NCBI GenBank assembly: GCA_026397405.1
Contig: JAPLUW010000002.1
Coordinates: 40,214 to 104,213, forward strand
Direction: 5' to 3'
From: Candidatus Adlerbacteria bacterium
GTDB lineage: Bacteria; Patescibacteriota; Minisyncoccia; Phycocordibacterales; SBAW01
Length of the DNA: 64,000 nucleotides
Below are positions 39,800-48,197 of the stretch, one piece after another. The notes under the pieces are model-generated. The model was not told where the DNA came from. It worked only from the letters and a program-made list of their open reading frames with translations, and made no database searches. Position 1 is the first letter of the stretch, and each line of letters begins with the position of its first letter. Position numbers and translations under genes: made by a program.

Positions 39800-40655
39800 A
39801 CGAGGTTGCTACTTTCCCCGACGCTTTGGTCGGGACCCGAGCTTCTTCTAAAGCGTCAGGTTTACTTGTAATAGGTTGAGGACCAGTATTGGCTGATGCA
39901 AATTTTTGTAGCGCCCTTCCAACAGTTTCGCGGTAGGTACAGTAGTCACAGTTTTCGCCAGGACTTGGCAGTACGTCGCTATCCAAACATGCTTTTAACT
40001 TTAGTAACACCTCTTCAACCCAGTCGGTCGAACCTTTGTAGGGCACCAATGTCATTTCGAAGTCGAGCCGTGCATCAAACGAGTCACGGTTTTTGGTTGC
40101 ATTTGCATAAAACCAATACCCCATGTCTGACACTTTAAAACCGTTCATGCGCAGCAGCCATTGGTAAATTTCCAACTGTCGTTTGTACCCGCGGTGCCAG
40201 TCTTCGTCCAGGCTTTCAATCCGAGCGTCTTTGCTGGTTGCTTTGTAGTCGATAACAATAAGTTCACCTTGTGGGTTAATCCAAATGTCGTCAACACCTC
40301 CACGCACAGTTAAACCTGTTGCCGGATGTACATATTTAACGCCCTGGCTAAGTGCGTTACGCCACTCGTCCATCTTTTCGTGTTTGAGCGGTATTGCATC
40401 AAGCCCAAATTCTTTTGCGAGCGGATGTTGGCTCCCCTGTTCGCGATGTGCGTCTAGTTCTTTTTTAAGTAATGCGTCAACAGCGGAGTTGAGGTTAAAT
40501 GGGAAGCCTGGTGGGCGTGCGGTACCCAGTTTGTTGTCGATATAGAAACACCGCGCACACTCCATAAAGAGGTCGATTTTAGAACGTGACAGCGTCCACT
40601 TTGGGCCGCCGTAATTGTAGTCAGGGCGCCTGTTTGGTTTATAGAATGAGCTCAT
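39768..40655 (-). CDS. PD-(D/E)xK nuclease family protein, Cas4/RecB-nuclease-like with Cys cluster
   Basis: D...GELIVIDYK (D-E-K core), N-terminal CARC and C-terminal C...CDYC cysteines as in Cas4/AddB Fe-S nucleases. No CRISPR or cas genes nearby. Confidence 0.5.
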   Translation of the reverse strand: MSSFYKPNRRPDYNYGGPKWTLSRSKIDLFMECARCFYIDNKLGTARPPGFPFNLNSAVDALLKKELDAHREQGSQHPLAKEFGLDAIPLKHEKMDEWRNALSQGVKYVHPATGLTVRGGVDDIWINPQGELIVIDYKATSKDARIESLDEDWHRGYKRQLEIYQWLLRMNGFKVSDMGYWFYANATKNRDSFDARLDFEMTLVPYKGSTDWVEEVLLKLKACLDSDVLPSPGENCDYCTYRETVGRALQKFASANTGPQPITSKPDALEEARVPTKASGKVATSYENPTTNTLF

Positions 40656-40704
40656 AGGATAGAGTATGTCCTTTCGGATTTCACTATTCTACCGCACTTT
40701 CAAG

Positions 40705-41187
40705 TTATTTCACTTTTATTCCGTAGCGGGCGCGCAGCTTTCGTTCAACACGAGAGAAAAAGGTAAAGACAACAACAGACACAACTGTTGCAGTTATAGC
40801 CAAGACATAAAAGCCAAACCCGCAGGCCATACCTACGCCCGCAACAACCCAAATACCCGACGCTGTAGTCAACTCGATGGGCTGTTCTTTGTGCGCCATG
40901 GCTAAACCACTTCCTATAAAGCCTATTCCGATAATAACTGAACCTGCAAGTTGCAGCGGGTTAATCCCCGGGAATACGGAAAGCGCATAGGCTGAAAGAG
41001 TTCCCATTGTCACAAACAGCGCTGCACCAACAGAGACCATCGCATACGTCCGCATGCCCGCATGTTTACCTGCCATTGAACGCTCAAGACCCATACACAT
41101 TCCCAAAAGAGCCGCAACGATAAGCCGCCAGCTAAATAGTATTTCTAGACCGCCTATAGAGTTGCTCAAATGGGAGAAAAAGTTCAT
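40705..41187 (-). CDS. MgtC/SapB family membrane protein
   Basis: ALLGMCMGLERSMAGKHAGMRTYAMVSVGAALF is the MgtC consensus. 160 aa. Confidence 0.75.
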   Translation of the reverse strand: MNFFSHLSNSIGGLEILFSWRLIVAALLGMCMGLERSMAGKHAGMRTYAMVSVGAALFVTMGTLSAYALSVFPGINPLQLAGSVIIGIGFIGSGLAMAHKEQPIELTTASGIWVVAGVGMACGFGFYVLAITATVVSVVVFTFFSRVERKLRARYGIKVK

Positions 41188-41192
41188 GAGTG

Positions 41193-41861
41193 TTATTTAG
41201 TTTTGAACTGCATCAACAATGGGTTGCCGTCTGCATCACGCAATGCAGGGTCGTTTGTTGCTGAATACATATGGTCACCGTCGTCACGTGCCTCGCCTGC
41301 AAAATACATCTGGCCTGGCAGTGTTGCACGGAGTAATTCTACCGTACCGCTTGTGCGGCCGGGGACAAAGAGTGCTGCGCCCAAAATATTTCCCGGTTGT
41401 CCATTTGAGCTTTCGTACACAACAACCCAGGTTGGTACGGCCACTGCTGCGTGCGCGACAACAACCTGCAGCCCTGCATCTTGCGGTGTCATGATAGAAA
41501 GGCTACCGTCATTCAAACTCGCAGGCGTAGTCGGGACAGTACCTGTGTTTGTATTTGTAGTTCCTGGAGTGGTTGTGGCAGTAGTAGATACGGGTGTTTT
41601 TGTAGTGTCTCCGCTATTGCGCGATGCAACGAGCCAAATAATCCCAACAATTGCGAGCAATACAACTGCTATGGCAATGTTTCTTCCTGTGTTGTTTTGG
41701 GTAGGTGTTGGTTTGTGGTTAGTAACAACCGGTGGTTTGTTATTTTGATTTTGAGGCATCGGTGGCTTCTGTGTGTTGTTCTGTAAAGGTTGCGACCATG
41801 ACAGTTGTGTTTTCTGCTGTCCGTTTTTCTGTACATTCTGTCCACTGTTGTTTCCGTCCAT
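41193..41861 (-). CDS. hypothetical membrane-anchored protein with Q/N/T-rich low-complexity N-terminus
   Basis: 222-aa ORF with a single TM helix (IAIAVVLLAIVGIIWLVA). Confidence 0.45.
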   Translation of the reverse strand: MDGNNSGQNVQKNGQQKTQLSWSQPLQNNTQKPPMPQNQNNKPPVVTNHKPTPTQNNTGRNIAIAVVLLAIVGIIWLVASRNSGDTTKTPVSTTATTTPGTTNTNTGTVPTTPASLNDGSLSIMTPQDAGLQVVVAHAAVAVPTWVVVYESSNGQPGNILGAALFVPGRTSGTVELLRATLPGQMYFAGEARDDGDHMYSATNDPALRDADGNPLLMQFKTK

Positions 41862-41897
41862 ACGCGTTTCAGTTAAAATAAGTAAATAGGCCCTCCT

Positions 41898-42728
41898 CTA
41901 TAATATATCTTTCCCTGGGGCGCACAATAGGGCGGCTTCGTGCAGCACGGCGTCTACTTGTTTACCACGCACCCCCACCCTTTCAAGAGCATTGGTGTCG
42001 TTTGCCAAGGCTTTGCAAAGGACGATTTTTTCAGCCAACAGTAAGGTTTTTTCGTGTTTTGTCAGGGTTGTTAGTGCGGTTATAGGGTACAGCCGCGCTG
42101 CTTCAATACGGTCATGCAAGTTTTGTTTATGTGGATATTCCCACGCAAGCAGGTCCAACCCTTCGCAGCTGGCATACTGCACTGCTTTGGAAGTAAATTT
42201 TGTGTTGGTGACGATAAGCCCGCGGATATCTTGTTTTGGGAGTGCGGCTCGTAGGTCGTCGATGCGTGCTTTTACATACAGCGTAGTTTTTAGATCTGTT
42301 TTAAATGCTGCAGTGTTGTGGAACTTTGCTTCAACGTAGGTCGTTATGTTTCCTTTTTTAATCACAACGTCTACTTCGTGTTCGACACAAGCACCTTGAA
42401 CAATTTGGTCTATCGACGCTTCATACCCTTCTGTGCGAAATAGTTCTGCCAAGTACGCTTCAAACGGGAAGCCTGACGGACCAAATTCAAGCAGGGCACG
42501 CTTTAGAGAGTAATGCGCGGCAGCTTCGTGTTTATGTTCTCGCAAATGTGCAAACGCACGACGATAGATTTCTTCCGTAGGGATACCGTCGTACAGTTCT
42601 TTTGTAATTTCATCGACAATAGTAACGGTCGCCTCTTCGCTTGCTCCTGCCTTATGCAGTGACATTCGCAATTTGAGTGGGTCAAAAGGCTCTAGCGTGC
42701 CGTCGGCTTTTGCAACATGTAGTGACAT
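41898..42728 (-). CDS. ATP-cone domain fused to restriction-endonuclease-like PD-(D/E)xK domain
   Basis: The N-terminus VAKADGTLEPFDPLKLRMSLHKAG fits the ATP-cone pattern (K.DG..E.FD..KI). The central VDVVIKKGN...YVEAKF is a D-(x)n-E-x-K core. Confidence 0.5.
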   Translation of the reverse strand: MSLHVAKADGTLEPFDPLKLRMSLHKAGASEEATVTIVDEITKELYDGIPTEEIYRRAFAHLREHKHEAAAHYSLKRALLEFGPSGFPFEAYLAELFRTEGYEASIDQIVQGACVEHEVDVVIKKGNITTYVEAKFHNTAAFKTDLKTTLYVKARIDDLRAALPKQDIRGLIVTNTKFTSKAVQYASCEGLDLLAWEYPHKQNLHDRIEAARLYPITALTTLTKHEKTLLLAEKIVLCKALANDTNALERVGVRGKQVDAVLHEAALLCAPGKDIL

Positions 42729-42735
42729 TATAAAA

Positions 42736-43200
42736 TTATTTTTTCTCCACGAGCGTGTAGGTAGCCGACGCTCCGTTGAGTGTCACACCGTCAAACACAG
42801 GCACCACCGTGTCTGTGTGTTCAAACGACACTGCAAATGTACTCGAAGAAGTTGTTGCCGTACCCGAACAAGGAGTAGCAGTCTCCTTTAGCGCTAACAC
42901 CGCCGTGATGTGTGCCGGGTGCTGCCCTGTTGCAGAAATACCGCTGGAAAGTACGCTGCAGCCTGCCTGTACTGTTAGTGCGCCGCCGTAGGTATCCACA
43001 CCTTTTGTTTTAGAATGCACTATTGTAAGCGGGAGTGTGGCAGCAATATATGCAGGAAGTTTAGTTGTTGTGTGTGTAGGTATCGCGGCAGTAGCCCCGG
43101 ATGTAGAAGATGTTTTTTGCAGTGCTGCAACTCCCCACCATCCAGCAAAAAGCATTAGGAGCATGACAACTAACACGAGCGCCGCCCTCTGTTTTCCCAT
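42736..43200 (-). CDS. hypothetical secreted/membrane-anchored protein
   Basis: Signal-anchor LVLVVMLLMLFAGWWGVAAL followed by a T/S-rich domain. Confidence 0.4.
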   Translation of the reverse strand: MGKQRAALVLVVMLLMLFAGWWGVAALQKTSSTSGATAAIPTHTTTKLPAYIAATLPLTIVHSKTKGVDTYGGALTVQAGCSVLSSGISATGQHPAHITAVLALKETATPCSGTATTSSSTFAVSFEHTDTVVPVFDGVTLNGASATYTLVEKK

Positions 43201-43220
43201 ACGGCTAGTATACGCCCCAA

Positions 43221-44345
43221 TTAAGAAAGTAGTTCCGACTTGTTAACAATGCCTCCACCCAAACAGCGCAGCATACCCGCCTCTTCTGTATATAACACCA
43301 GCGACTGCCCTGCCGGCACGTAGTGTGGCTCCAAAAGAGTGATGTTGTTTTTGTTGGCAGCTATTTCTGCAGGCATACGTTTTTGTCGATAGCGAAACCG
43401 AGCCTGCGCGACAGAAGGCTGCGCGCCTCCTATCCAATTTGTTTCTGTAAGTTCAACTACTGTTTTTGTTGCGTGCTGTGGAAAGCGGTCGGTAGAAACC
43501 GTAATAGTATTTTTTGCAATATTTTTTGCAATAACAAAATGAGGCAGTGTTTCTTTTGTATGGGGAAATAGTGTAAACCCGTGTCTCTCACCAAGCGTGT
43601 ATAACACTGCGCCATCATGTGTGCCCACAACCTCGCCGCTTGCAGAAAGTACGTCTCCTTGTGTAGGAGTTAGTTCGCGCGCCAACATGTCTTCCATCGC
43701 AATGTCACCTAAAAAACAAAGTCCTTGGCTGTCACGTCGCGCAGCATTTGGCAAGCCAAACTTCTGGGCAAGCGCACGCACGTCTGGTTTTTGCATGCCA
43801 CCTACTGGAAACAGTGTATGTTTTAAAATATCTTCTTTAACCATCCATAAAAAATAGCTCTGGTCTTTGTTTTGGTCGGCGCTGGCGTACAACTTCCCTT
43901 CCTTTGTTTGTGCGTAGTGGCCGGTTGCAACATAGTCGGCACCGCGCGCACGGGCAAACGTATAAAATGCACCAAATTTTATCTCGCGGTTGCAGAGAGT
44001 GTCCGGGTTTGGTGTGTTACCTTTTTTAAATTCACCAAGTGAGTGCGCAAATACCTGCGCGCCATATTCTGCCGACAAGTCGATTTCTATAAACGGAATG
44101 CGCAGATGCGCAGCAACACGCATGGCCTGTATCTTGTCTTCCCCCGCAGAGCAGGCATACCCTGGCAGCGCAATACGTATAAACACGCCTGTTACGTCGT
44201 ATCCTGCACGCACCAAAAGCGCCGCAGACACGGCAGAGTCGACCCCACCAGAGAGCCCTACAAAGACTTTTTGTTTTTTCTTACCGAAGATATTTAGTTT
44301 GGTTCGCCAACTGTCCAGCATAGGTTGCACTATAATGGAAAACAC
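43221..44345 (-). CDS. mnmA: tRNA-specific 2-thiouridylase
   Basis: PP-loop VFVGLSGGVDSAVSAALL and catalytic cysteines. 374 aa. Confidence 0.85.
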   Translation of the reverse strand: MFSIIVQPMLDSWRTKLNIFGKKKQKVFVGLSGGVDSAVSAALLVRAGYDVTGVFIRIALPGYACSAGEDKIQAMRVAAHLRIPFIEIDLSAEYGAQVFAHSLGEFKKGNTPNPDTLCNREIKFGAFYTFARARGADYVATGHYAQTKEGKLYASADQNKDQSYFLWMVKEDILKHTLFPVGGMQKPDVRALAQKFGLPNAARRDSQGLCFLGDIAMEDMLARELTPTQGDVLSASGEVVGTHDGAVLYTLGERHGFTLFPHTKETLPHFVIAKNIAKNTITVSTDRFPQHATKTVVELTETNWIGGAQPSVAQARFRYRQKRMPAEIAANKNNITLLEPHYVPAGQSLVLYTEEAGMLRCLGGGIVNKSELLS

Positions 44346-45228
44346 CGTTTTTGTCAGACAAGTAGTATAAAAATTTTGTATCTGTCGGTGTTACTGCAGC
44401 CAAAAGAGAGTCGACCCCAGGGTTTCCAATAGGGCCTGGTGGCAAGCCTTTATAGAGATACGTGTTATAAGGTGACTTGTTGGCAAGGTCGGCGCGGCTG
44501 ATGTCACCCGGTGCTTTGCCGGTGATATAGGAAAACACCGCGTCTACCTGCAACGGCATACCTATGCGCAAACGCTTCCACAAGATCCCCGCAATGATCC
44601 GGCGGTTTGCGGCATCAGGCGCCTCTTTTTCAAGCAGGGAGGCCATAGTAACAATACTTGCAAGAGGTTTCCCAAACGAAGCCACTTCATTTTGTAGAGA
44701 CGCTTCTTGTATGTGCTGGTTAAAATTTGTTTCAAACCTTTTTAACAGTGTGTCGGTATCTTCGCCAGGGTAGACAAAGTAGGTGTCGGGAAATAAATAC
44801 CCTTCTTTTTCTAATGCACGCTCAAGAAATGCGGCAGGGTTTACTCCTGGTACACGAGCCAGTAATGCTGCTATTTCTTTTGCGGTTGTGCCTTCAGGCA
44901 CAACGACACGTACCGGTTTTAAATTAAAGTCTCCTCGTACAATACGCGTTGCTACGGTAAAGACGCTTTGCCGTTCTGCAAAAAAATACTCCCCGGCAAC
45001 AACTCCCGTGTCTTTACCCCGCAGCCGCACAAGCACTTCAAACAGAGTTTTTGAATTAATAATCCTTGCTGTTTGTAAATTCTGCGCAACGTCGCCGAGC
45101 GTCTCCCCCGCCCCTACATGTACCAGTGTTGCCGTAGTAGACGTAAAGGGGCCAGAGCATATGAAAAATAGTAACCCCGCACACACTACTCCTGTCCCGG
45201 CTATACCTAGGGCAACACGTCTGTTCAT
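44281..45228 (-). CDS. mltG: endolytic murein transglycosylase (YceG/MltG family)
   Basis: YceG signature MPLQVDAVFSY...YNTYLYKGLPPGPIGNPG with an N-terminal TM helix. Start placed at the internal Met (MNRRVALG) to limit overlap with mnmA. Confidence 0.8.
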   Translation of the reverse strand: MNRRVALGIAGTGVVCAGLLFFICSGPFTSTTATLVHVGAGETLGDVAQNLQTARIINSKTLFEVLVRLRGKDTGVVAGEYFFAERQSVFTVATRIVRGDFNLKPVRVVVPEGTTAKEIAALLARVPGVNPAAFLERALEKEGYLFPDTYFVYPGEDTDTLLKRFETNFNQHIQEASLQNEVASFGKPLASIVTMASLLEKEAPDAANRRIIAGILWKRLRIGMPLQVDAVFSYITGKAPGDISRADLANKSPYNTYLYKGLPPGPIGNPGVDSLLAAVTPTDTKFLYYLSDKNGVFHYSATYAGQLANQTKYLR

Positions 45229-45229
45229 A

Positions 45230-46618
45230 TTACTGTGGCAATACCGGCAAGTTTGAAGGAGCTCCAGCACTCTTAGACGGCACACGGTCGAGCCCTGGTG
45301 TTTTGACAGACGAGTTCGGGAAGTGCCACAGGGTTGCCAACTCTTCCACGTTTAAAAAAACAGGAACCTGGTCGTACGGCACATAGAAAAATGCACGGTG
45401 CCGGTAGTGAAAGAAAAGGAGCTTTTTAATAAAGTTTTCGCGTATATTTCTAAAGTCTTCCCACGGGAAGTCAAACGCAACCATGCCGCGGGTGCCGTTT
45501 AAACTATTAAAATTTTGTTTTTTAATAAATTCGAACAAGCGGTACATAAATGCACCGTTAATTCCTTCAAATTTTTCACGTTTAGAAATATACAGCGCAC
45601 GAATGCCACACTCATACAGATTTTTTGTCTGTGAGTGTTCTATCGCTTCTATTATCTTTTTTTCGCCGTCGGTCAACAAAGCGTTCATTTTGCCTTCAAC
45701 AACGTCTAACTCCTTCAACACCAACTGTGCACGCTTAGCAGCACCGGCCATAATTTCGCGGATCTTTGCATTCGCTGGATCTTTGTAGCTGTCAGCAGAG
45801 TTGTAGATGCCGTACCACTCTTCCTTATTGCGCGCTTTGATAATGTATTGCACCCACATGTACTGGTCCGGACCCATGTCGTTCATTATTTCCAGCATGT
45901 TAGTGAGGGGGTCGGCAGTAACTTCGGGTGTGTCAGTATTTTTGTCGAGCTCAAAGTCCACATACGTTTTAATAGGAAGTGCTCCTATACTGCCTTTTTT
46001 ATATTCGGCACCCCAAATGTCGTAGTCTGTTAAGTTAAAAGGAACTTTAGTAACGTAGTCGTCTACCTCCGTAATTTTGGCTTCAGGGTATTGGCCGTAA
46101 ATGCGTGCTTCAACCGCTGTCTGCCAAATTTTAAGCCCGTAAATATAAAAATTTATGCGTCCTTCGTTCGAGGCAATTTCGAGCGACCAGTTAGGGCGGA
46201 ACCCGCCTCCCCAAAACCGGTGCACAAAAGTTGTTTCGCTGCCGGTACTGTAAATAGACACGAGAAACAGCTCCATCGCTGACGGTGACTTTGTTACCTC
46301 TGCAGGGAGTTGGATTTGTAGCAATGTGCGCTTACGCGAAAACCAAAACTGGTAACGGACGTAGTGCATCCACGCCAGCCACAGTGCCGTCCCTAAAAAA
46401 AACGGTAACCACAGCGGCGAAAATGCGACAATCATAAAAAATGATGCGGAAATAACTGCAGGGTCAGTGATAGCCGCAAAGAATACCAACAACAAAAGGA
46501 AACCCGGCATAACAAGAGTGGGGTCAAACCTCCAACCCGACAGAAATTTTTCTACCTTGTGCGCAGCATCGTGCAACAACATACGTGATATAGTATACAG
46601 CACAGAAACATTTGCCAT
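45230..46618 (-). CDS. hypothetical membrane protein (3 N-terminal TM helices, about 350-aa soluble domain)
   Basis: Long continuous ORF with protein-like composition and no recognisable motif. The track start is TTG; the ATG for MANVS lies at 46616-46618. Confidence 0.5.
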   Translation of the reverse strand: MANVSVLYTISRMLLHDAAHKVEKFLSGWRFDPTLVMPGFLLLLVFFAAITDPAVISASFFMIVAFSPLWLPFFLGTALWLAWMHYVRYQFWFSRKRTLLQIQLPAEVTKSPSAMELFLVSIYSTGSETTFVHRFWGGGFRPNWSLEIASNEGRINFYIYGLKIWQTAVEARIYGQYPEAKITEVDDYVTKVPFNLTDYDIWGAEYKKGSIGALPIKTYVDFELDKNTDTPEVTADPLTNMLEIMNDMGPDQYMWVQYIIKARNKEEWYGIYNSADSYKDPANAKIREIMAGAAKRAQLVLKELDVVEGKMNALLTDGEKKIIEAIEHSQTKNLYECGIRALYISKREKFEGINGAFMYRLFEFIKKQNFNSLNGTRGMVAFDFPWEDFRNIRENFIKKLLFFHYRHRAFFYVPYDQVPVFLNVEELATLWHFPNSSVKTPGLDRVPSKSAGAPSNLPVLPQ

Positions 46619-46985
46619 GGAACAATTTTGGAACAATGTCCTTGCCGTTCCTTTTTACTACGTAGAAGTGTTGCTTGCGGGCCTTGCCGCAATTTCTTTT
46701 TTGGTATTTTTGCGCGGATTCCTTGGCGGTATTGGTAACGTCTTTACCATGAACGGGCACGACGAACATTTGCTGCATGCCCGCACACGCTCTGTCTGGG
46801 GTGTGCTGTTGCTCGCGTTCCTTTTTGTACTGTGGGAAATTTTGCGTATGGTTGCGTCGTGGCTCGGGGGCCCTATGGGCGACACCACACTTGGCATGTG
46901 GTTTGTAATTGCTATAGCCGCAACCTGGCTCTTCCTTTTTATAAAAAAGAAGCTATTTTCTGGCGGAGGTGGTGGAGGACATTAA
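46617..46985 (+). CDS. hypothetical small membrane protein with poly-Gly C-terminus
   Basis: Start MEQFWNN. Three TM helices, ending SGGGGGGH. The divergent start overlaps the neighbouring gene's start within a single CCATGG site. Confidence 0.4.
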   Translation: MEQFWNNVLAVPFYYVEVLLAGLAAISFLVFLRGFLGGIGNVFTMNGHDEHLLHARTRSVWGVLLLAFLFVLWEILRMVASWLGGPMGDTTLGMWFVIAIAATWLFLFIKKKLFSGGGGGGH

Positions 46986-47090
46986 TAGAAGTCGGCCTTA
47001 GCCGAAGGAAATACTCGGTTGCGGAGCAGAGCAAAGCGACAGGGCGCAGAGAGTGTTTGCGTAGGCTTCAGCTGCTTAGCTAGCTTTTGA

Positions 47091-48191
47091 TTATTTTACT
47101 AACGAGAACCGTGCGTCTTTGCCGCGTTTAAAATATTTTTGATTCTGCAGGTTTACAACAATAGTGCCCGGCTTAACGTGACGTTCTTTCAAAACCTTTT
47201 CGATAATTTCGTCTTTGGTAAGTGGGCCACTTGCACGGAGGATTTCGCGGATAACATCGCGGACAACGCCTGACGTATATCCCCACTCTTTCAGAGCGTA
47301 CATACCGCGACCAACAAGCACAAAACGGTTGTCTTTGATAAGTTCGTTGTGCGTTGTTGCAATATGTGCAGCACGGTTAAACATTTTCTCTATAAGTGTT
47401 GCAACCTCGCGGAAGTGCAACGGGCTGCCATGCTTTTTAACGGCCAAGTAGGCATAGTCGCGGACGCCTTTTGTTTTAACGTTTGGAGATGCAGAATGAC
47501 CCCATTCGCCAAGCGGGTTTTTACCGATATTTTTAGATATTGAAAGCCAACGCTTCAACACTTCTTTGTTGCGGTGTTTGTCGTTGATTTGCTGGAGCTC
47601 CTTCAAAAAACGGTCGATCATCTCCCCTTCCGGGATCAAATCTTCGTCAGAGAGACCTTTGTAAAGGCTCTGTAGAGCATCTTCGACTTGCTTTGCAAGG
47701 TTAGGGTCGACATACCAGCAACGCTGCGCCTCATCGTCTTCTTTGCGGAATTTAAATGGGTCGCCAAGTACAAGCAGGAAGTAAATATGGTTCTGCATGC
47801 TCGCGTCTTTGGTAATAAAATTGAGCAAGTCGTCTTCGCATACAATACCGCCGAGCGAGTCTATGATGCGTTCAAGTTCGTGGAACGCGGCATTTGCCTC
47901 GCTGAATGCAGGAGATTTTTTGAGCGCTGCGAGTGCGTGGTTTTCTATCTGGCGGACACGTTCGCGGGTAATGCCGTAGCGTTTTCCGATAGACTCCAAG
48001 GTAACGCGTTCAGCACTTGTGCCCAAACCAAAGCGGGCTTCGAGCACAATACGTGAGCGCTCCGGGAGCGCTGTAAGAAGTCTTTTTGCGATGGCCTTTG
48101 GCTTAAAGCCAGTTTTGTCCCCTGTTTTATCGTTTGTTGTGGCCATATATTCGATGTGGTCTAGTATATCACACTCTATTATAGGGGTCAA
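47091..48191 (-). CDS. sigma-70 region-4-like HTH domain protein with large uncharacterised C-terminal domain
   Basis: LPERSRIVLEARFGLGTSAERVTLESIGKRYGITRERVRQIENHALAALKK is a canonical sigma70 region 4 helix-turn-helix. The remaining ~270 aa are unassigned. Confidence 0.5.
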   Translation of the reverse strand: MTPIIECDILDHIEYMATTNDKTGDKTGFKPKAIAKRLLTALPERSRIVLEARFGLGTSAERVTLESIGKRYGITRERVRQIENHALAALKKSPAFSEANAAFHELERIIDSLGGIVCEDDLLNFITKDASMQNHIYFLLVLGDPFKFRKEDDEAQRCWYVDPNLAKQVEDALQSLYKGLSDEDLIPEGEMIDRFLKELQQINDKHRNKEVLKRWLSISKNIGKNPLGEWGHSASPNVKTKGVRDYAYLAVKKHGSPLHFREVATLIEKMFNRAAHIATTHNELIKDNRFVLVGRGMYALKEWGYTSGVVRDVIREILRASGPLTKDEIIEKVLKERHVKPGTIVVNLQNQKYFKRGKDARFSLVK

Positions 48192-48197
48192 ATGGAT

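Noticed and set aside
46986-47090. Terminator or palindromes downstream of the poly-Gly protein (gtcggccttagccgaa; agctgcttagctagct)
   Set aside because: The stems are short and imperfect and lack a convincing T-run. Not confident enough to list as a feature.
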